From assembly GCF_017638545.1 (NCBI RefSeq), contig NZ_CP072110.1:2571181-2611180 (forward strand): DNA of 40,000 bases, written 5' to 3'. The DNA is from Psychrosphaera ytuae (GTDB lineage: Bacteria > Pseudomonadota > Gammaproteobacteria > Enterobacterales > Alteromonadaceae). The notes under the pieces were generated by a model. That model did not search any database, was not told the origin of the DNA, and saw nothing but the letters and a program-made list of their open reading frames with translations. Within the stretch, counting starts at the first letter, position 1; every line of letters begins with the position of its first letter. Positions 35,992-40,000 of this stretch are shown piece by piece. The position numbers were made by a program, and so were the translations under genes.

Positions 35992-36026
35992 AAAAAGGGC
36001 GCTGTAACTCAGCGCCCTTTGTTTTT
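35992..36026. terminator. Bidirectional rho-independent terminator between convergent genes
   Basis: AAAAA-GGGCGCTG-TAACT-CAGCGCCC-TTTGTTTTT. An 8-bp GC-rich stem is flanked by an A-run and a T-run. Confidence 0.85.
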
Positions 36027-36043
36027 CATCGACACAACTTTAA

Positions 36044-37882
36044 TTAAAACAATACGTTTGATTCAACAGAACACGTTGACGTACCAGCTTCACAAACTTG
36101 GTAAGTGTAGCTACCGCCACCTTTACCACCGATTGTATCAGTGTACTGACCGTCGTTTTGTGTAGTCGCTACGATAGAACCATTGCGATAGATATCAACT
36201 GACGCCGTAGTTGCACCGGCCCAGCTAAGGTCTACGTATTTAGTACCTTTTGACTTGTAACCGTTTGCACTTAAGTCAAAGCCAGTACCACCAGTACCGC
36301 CGCCTGTGCCACCACCTGTGTCACCAGAACAACCATTCGCAGTTAAGTAGTCACTCGCTGCTTTCGCTTTTACGATACCGTGACCGAAGTAAACATCATG
36401 ACCTGGAGCACCTTGATCTTCTGCAGTTGCTTTTAATGCGTTACGGATCTCTGTACCAGTACACGCACTGTGATTTGACCATACTAGTGCTGCAATACCA
36501 GCAACACCTGGTGTCGCCATTGATGTACCGTCCATATAGCCGTAATCACTTGGACCGATGTTAATACTTGCACTCGTCGCTGCTAACAGGGCTGCACGAT
36601 CTTCTTGCGCGGCACCGACTGCAGGAATTGTTGTTGCATTTGTGTCACCTAATGTGCCGTATAACATACCAGGTTCATTGTTAACGATGATAGCGCCTAT
36701 GCCACCAGAGTTTTCACAGTTAAGAACCTTGTCATGGAAGCTGATCACACCACGGTCGATTAAACAAATTGAACCATTAGCGCCAGAATCAGCTGATTCA
36801 GCAGTGCCCATGTAATAAAGTGAGCTAGTTGCATTACCTGTATTTTCCATTGCTGATGTTGCAAAACCACTACCATCAACAGTCAGGCTTGCTAGAGACG
36901 TCATACCCGCTGGATACGTTGATAACGTACCTACACCACCTGCTGTTGCTTCAACACAGATTGTTTCGTCTGTTGTAACGCTTTTACCACGGCCAGTTGT
37001 ACAGCTTGGGAACTGTGAAAATGACGCAATATTATTATCAGCGTCATTAGCACCGATCATCATAACTGACGGGTAACCAGCTGGATATGAACGAACGCTG
37101 TTACCATCATTACCAGCCGCTGCTAATACTAGACCACCGTTGTCAGTGAATGTTTGGAATGCATTTGATTCTGTGCTGTTTGAACCGCCGCCACCAAGAC
37201 TCATGTTGATGATATTTGCACCTGCTTGAGCACATTTATCCGCTGCATAAGCAAGGTCAGAAGAGTAACCCCAGCCGCTTTCATTGAATACTTTGATGAT
37301 GTGCATGTCGACACCCGGTGCCATACCTACAACACCAACGTTGTTATCAGCTGCACCAATCGTACCTGCTACGTGTGTGCCATGTGGACCACCGTGTTGA
37401 TCCCAATTACCTGTACCAGGGTCATTATCACCTGTAATGCCACCCCAGTTAAAATCTTGATTCGAACGGTCTAAACCAGAGTCAATAACACATACTTTCA
37501 TGCCAGCATTTGGGTTAAACGTCACCAAGTTTGCTTCTGACTGATAAATTGCATACGGGTTGATTTGTTGGGTCATCGGGTTACCAGCGTCGTCGTTGTA
37601 GACAGCTAGTGGAACACGACGTAAATCGTTTTCGATTAATTTAATGTGAGGGTTGTTAAGTAGTCCCTTAACTTCAGCTAAGTTTTTTCCTGTAAACTCA
37701 GCCGCAAAAAATCCATTTGCGTCTACTTTAATGTTCCCGCCAAGTTTTTTAGCAAGTGCTTTAACTACACCTTTTTTTGAATTGTCGACCTGAATGATGA
37801 AACGGTCATCGTCAGCTTGTGCTGCAAAAGAGGCAGAGAGAGCTAGTGCGACTAGCGAACCAGTGAACTTCTTGTGGTTCAT
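36044..37882 (-). CDS. Secreted subtilisin-family (S8) serine protease with an inserted PA-like domain and a C-terminal beta-rich domain
   Basis: The catalytic triad contexts are VCVIDSGLD, HGTHVAGTIG and GTSMATPGVAG. The signal peptide is KFTGSLVALALSASFAAQA. A Gly/Thr linker GGGTGGGTGGTG precedes the C-terminal domain. ATG 37882 has GGAG plus a 6-nt spacer, while the ORF-track start at 37894 is a TTG. Confidence 0.9.
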   Translation of the reverse strand: MNHKKFTGSLVALALSASFAAQADDDRFIIQVDNSKKGVVKALAKKLGGNIKVDANGFFAAEFTGKNLAEVKGLLNNPHIKLIENDLRRVPLAVYNDDAGNPMTQQINPYAIYQSEANLVTFNPNAGMKVCVIDSGLDRSNQDFNWGGITGDNDPGTGNWDQHGGPHGTHVAGTIGAADNNVGVVGMAPGVDMHIIKVFNESGWGYSSDLAYAADKCAQAGANIINMSLGGGGSNSTESNAFQTFTDNGGLVLAAAGNDGNSVRSYPAGYPSVMMIGANDADNNIASFSQFPSCTTGRGKSVTTDETICVEATAGGVGTLSTYPAGMTSLASLTVDGSGFATSAMENTGNATSSLYYMGTAESADSGANGSICLIDRGVISFHDKVLNCENSGGIGAIIVNNEPGMLYGTLGDTNATTIPAVGAAQEDRAALLAATSASINIGPSDYGYMDGTSMATPGVAGIAALVWSNHSACTGTEIRNALKATAEDQGAPGHDVYFGHGIVKAKAASDYLTANGCSGDTGGGTGGGTGGTGFDLSANGYKSKGTKYVDLSWAGATTASVDIYRNGSIVATTQNDGQYTDTIGGKGGGSYTYQVCEAGTSTCSVESNVLF

Positions 37883-38038
37883 ATGAGACTCCAAATATGT
37901 TTTTTATAATAATTATCCATCGACCCGTCTAACTGCAGGTTTTTAACGATGAGCTAACACTGTACATAATTTGATCCCAAATGGAACCTCTTTTTAACAA
38001 AAGTTTAACAATTGGTTCATATTTCTTTTCTGGTCGGA

Positions 38039-38734
38039 TTAGTAGAGATTTTTTGCTTCTCGCCACATAACCCACGAGGCAATAACGTATTTGTCAGAAG
38101 AACGGGGCGCTAGACCTCTGTGAGTGTGAGTGAAATCACAAGGTGCCAATACCACACTGCCGGCTTTGGGTTTTACTTTAGCCTGTTGGTAAAAAAACTC
38201 CGTTTCTCCTCCGTCTTCAATGTCATTGAGGTAAAACAAGACGAGTAGACTGCGCCTCAACGAACGCTGAGTTGTGTCAGTTGGGTGTGGGAAGTGCTCA
38301 GAGTGCCAGTGAGGATATCCGCCGGCACTTTGTTGATACTTTTGAATATTTAAAATATCGAGCTCATACAAGCGGGTGACTAGCTGTTGGATTTGTTCGT
38401 CACTCATTTTCGCAATGTCGTTGTGACTCAAGGTAGTAATTTGTCCCGTTTGAGGATTTTGGATTGAGGTCGATACGGCGCCAGTTAACATCATTGGATG
38501 CATTTTGGCGTATTGTACTAAGGCCCTCAAAGTCGTTTGCGCTAGTAGGTTGTGTTCTTGTTGCCACTGAGGATGGCTATCAATCGTTAGATCCAAGCTG
38601 TTCTTTTTTGTGGTATCCACGCCATTCCCAGTTCTGCCGGGGTGTTTGTTAGGATCTTGCTCAAACTTATCTATTAATTGCTGGCATTGTTGCGGCGAAA
38701 GGGCATGGTTAAACTCTAGAATAAATTGGCTCAT
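38039..38734 (-). CDS. 2OG-Fe(II) oxygenase superfamily protein (prolyl-4-hydroxylase-like)
   Basis: 231 aa. HWHSEH (H-x-[DE]-type metal site), LLVLFYLNDIEDGGETEF and THTHRGLAP...KYVIASWV follow the double-stranded beta-helix pattern of this family. Confidence 0.5.
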   Translation of the reverse strand: MSQFILEFNHALSPQQCQQLIDKFEQDPNKHPGRTGNGVDTTKKNSLDLTIDSHPQWQQEHNLLAQTTLRALVQYAKMHPMMLTGAVSTSIQNPQTGQITTLSHNDIAKMSDEQIQQLVTRLYELDILNIQKYQQSAGGYPHWHSEHFPHPTDTTQRSLRRSLLVLFYLNDIEDGGETEFFYQQAKVKPKAGSVVLAPCDFTHTHRGLAPRSSDKYVIASWVMWREAKNLY

Positions 38735-38882
38735 AACGACTACTTATTGTTATTTTTATCTAATCAATGTGACATAAGTACAGGTACGATGTCCAGTCTA
38801 CAAAATGCGTAACTAAGACTAAACCCCAACAGGGCTTTGGGTTAAACTAGCGTAATAGCAAAGAATAAATAGAGTTACTTTT

Positions 38883-39347
38883 ATGATTAACGTTGTTTTA
38901 TTTCAGCCAGAAATTCCACCAAACACTGGCAATATTGTTCGACTATGTGCAAACAGTGGGTATCAATTACACCTGATTGAACCCTTGGGCTTTGACATCG
39001 AAGAAAAAAAGGTTCGCCGTGCGGGGTTGGATTATCACGAGTTTGCTGCGGTGAAAAGGTATCCAAATTTTCAAGCGTATGTGGACGCTCATCCGGACAG
39101 CAGAATGTTTGCCTGTACCACCAAAGGAAAAGATTACCATCATCAGGTATCTTACCAACCGGGGGATTCACTCGTGTTTGGCCCAGAAACTCGAGGGTTA
39201 CCCGATGACGTATTAGCCCTAATTGGTCAACAAAACTGGTTGCGTATTCCAATGCAGCCCGATAGCCGTAGCATGAACTTGTCAAATGCCGTGGCAGTAT
39301 TTGTATTTGAATCTTGGCGTCAGTTGGACTTTGCTGGTTCAAAATAG
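38883..39347 (+). CDS. trmL: tRNA (cytidine/uridine-34-2'-O)-methyltransferase TrmL
   Basis: 154 aa. MINVVLFQPEIPPNTGNIVRLCANSGYQLHLIEPLGF...RRAGLDYHEF...FGPETRGLP...RIPMQPDSRSMNLSNAVAVFVFESWRQL is colinear with E. coli TrmL (YibK). Confidence 0.95.
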   Translation: MINVVLFQPEIPPNTGNIVRLCANSGYQLHLIEPLGFDIEEKKVRRAGLDYHEFAAVKRYPNFQAYVDAHPDSRMFACTTKGKDYHHQVSYQPGDSLVFGPETRGLPDDVLALIGQQNWLRIPMQPDSRSMNLSNAVAVFVFESWRQLDFAGSK

Positions 39348-39516
39348 TACTCACATTTCCACCCACAAAAGTGCCAATGAGAATGTTGGCAGTTTGGAGC
39401 TAAACTTCTATTCTTAAAGTTGATTTTATCAATGATGGGACGCTTCAGACTTGCTGTCGATTTGCTACAGGTACATCGAATCATTGCCTTTTTGGCGACC
39501 GAACTTGGTCGCCAAG

Positions 39517-40000
39517 GTGCGTTACTGCCTGCAATTTGTTTATCGTTTTATCCTCTTAATAAGCCTATTTCTTACTTTTTGTTTTTCTAAAGCTCACGCT
39601 ACTGACTTAATTCTACAACCTGAGGTTTATGGGTTTGATCAAAATACACTCATCCTGATTGTGGCAATTTTTTTGGCTGGCTTATTGGCCATAATGGCTT
39701 ATGGCAAGTGGATCACTATGTCTCTGACATTTCACAATAACCGCCGTCAAACCTTTATCGATTCATTGATGGAAAACACCAAAGAAGGCATATGGATAGC
39801 CAACAAAGACCGAGAAATCGAGCAAGTAAACAATGCCTTTACGGAGATAACCGGGATCAAGTCAGAAGACGCCTTAAACAAGTGTTTCAAAATCATGAAA
39901 GACTCAGGGCGAAATTACGAAGTCGAAAATCTCATATGGCAAGAAGTCGTAAAGTCTGGGTTTTGGCATGGCGAAATTTGGAGTTATCGAGAAGATGGCC
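39517..40000 (+). CDS. Membrane-anchored PAS-domain sensor protein, N-terminal part (continues beyond the right edge; start uncertain)
   Basis: The frame is open from 39436 to the window end. GTG 39517 gives (M)RYCLQFVYRFILLISLFLTFCFSKAHA|TD, a signal or TM-like segment. A second TM follows (LILIVAIFLAGLLAIMAY), then a PAS-type segment: MENTKEGIWIANKDREIEQVNNAFTEITGIKSEDALNKCF...FWHGEIWSYREDG. It is absent from the ORF track because it is truncated. Confidence 0.6.
   Translation, partial: MRYCLQFVYRFILLISLFLTFCFSKAHATDLILQPEVYGFDQNTLILIVAIFLAGLLAIMAYGKWITMSLTFHNNRRQTFIDSLMENTKEGIWIANKDREIEQVNNAFTEITGIKSEDALNKCFKIMKDSGRNYEVENLIWQEVVKSGFWHGEIWSYREDG

Noticed and set aside
38887-39366. 159-aa minus-strand ORF
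   Set aside because: It is antisense to trmL, which is colinear with E. coli TrmL.
39494-39513. Hairpin GGCGACC-GAACTT-GGTCGCC considered as the trmL terminator
   Set aside because: No T-run follows it on the plus strand, and it lies ~150 nt past trmL. It abuts the AAGG/GTG of the sensor gene's start, so at most it is a possible translational element. It is not called.
39436-39600. Apparent frameshift or pseudogene at the 5' end of the PAS sensor
   Set aside because: This was an initial mis-framing on my part. Re-deriving the codon phase from 39661 shows one continuous open frame from 39436 with a plausible GTG start at 39517. No frameshift is needed.
1-40000. CRISPR arrays, IS elements or transposases, and rRNA or tRNA genes
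   Set aside because: Reading the non-coding stretches showed no regularly spaced direct repeats, no transposase-like ORFs with terminal inverted repeats, and no structured RNA gene signatures.

Overview
The window has two parts. Bases 1 to ~23460 are a visibly AT-rich accessory region (composition not computed), with every gene but one on the minus strand. It is inserted just downstream of the yicC terminator. Bases ~23500-40000 are ordinary gammaproteobacterial core genes: yicC, deaD, rph, pyrE, an M28 peptidase, pip, dtd, yiiD, yaiI, a lysophospholipase-like hydrolase, a secreted S8 protease, trmL and the start of a PAS sensor. The yicC/rph/pyrE synteny and marine-type secreted enzymes suggest an Alteromonadales-like host, but that is a guess.

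The accessory region splits into two modules.

(A) Bases 1-10516 form one translationally coupled operon of at least seven genes: hsdM, a DUF262/DUF1524 (GmrSD-like) gene, a second diverged hsdM, hsdS, hsdR, a short HsdM-like Rossmann protein lacking the NPP[FY] catalytic motif, and a reverse-transcriptase-like ORF that runs off the left edge.

(B) Bases ~10746-23460 look like a ~12.7 kb CP4-57/P4-satellite-like integrative element. It is bounded by an imperfect 21-nt direct repeat. It carries a P4-type tyrosine integrase, two AlpA-like regulators, a YagK/YfjJ (HUH-like) protein, TerS-like and TerL-like genes but no capsid genes, and several cargo genes.

The most interesting cargo is a three-gene operon at 17832-20065: a SieB-like membrane protein, a proteasome-beta/HslV-like Ntn hydrolase with the Thr/Asp/Lys triad intact, and an orphan protein. 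I propose it as a candidate undescribed abortive-infection or defence system. Other cargo includes a 501-aa protein with an I-TevI-like GIY-YIG core and a long low-complexity tail, and a small pair with a possible PD-(D/E)xK fold.

I saw no tRNA, rRNA, CRISPR array or IS element. All functional calls rest on by-eye motif recognition in the supplied translations. No database search was possible.
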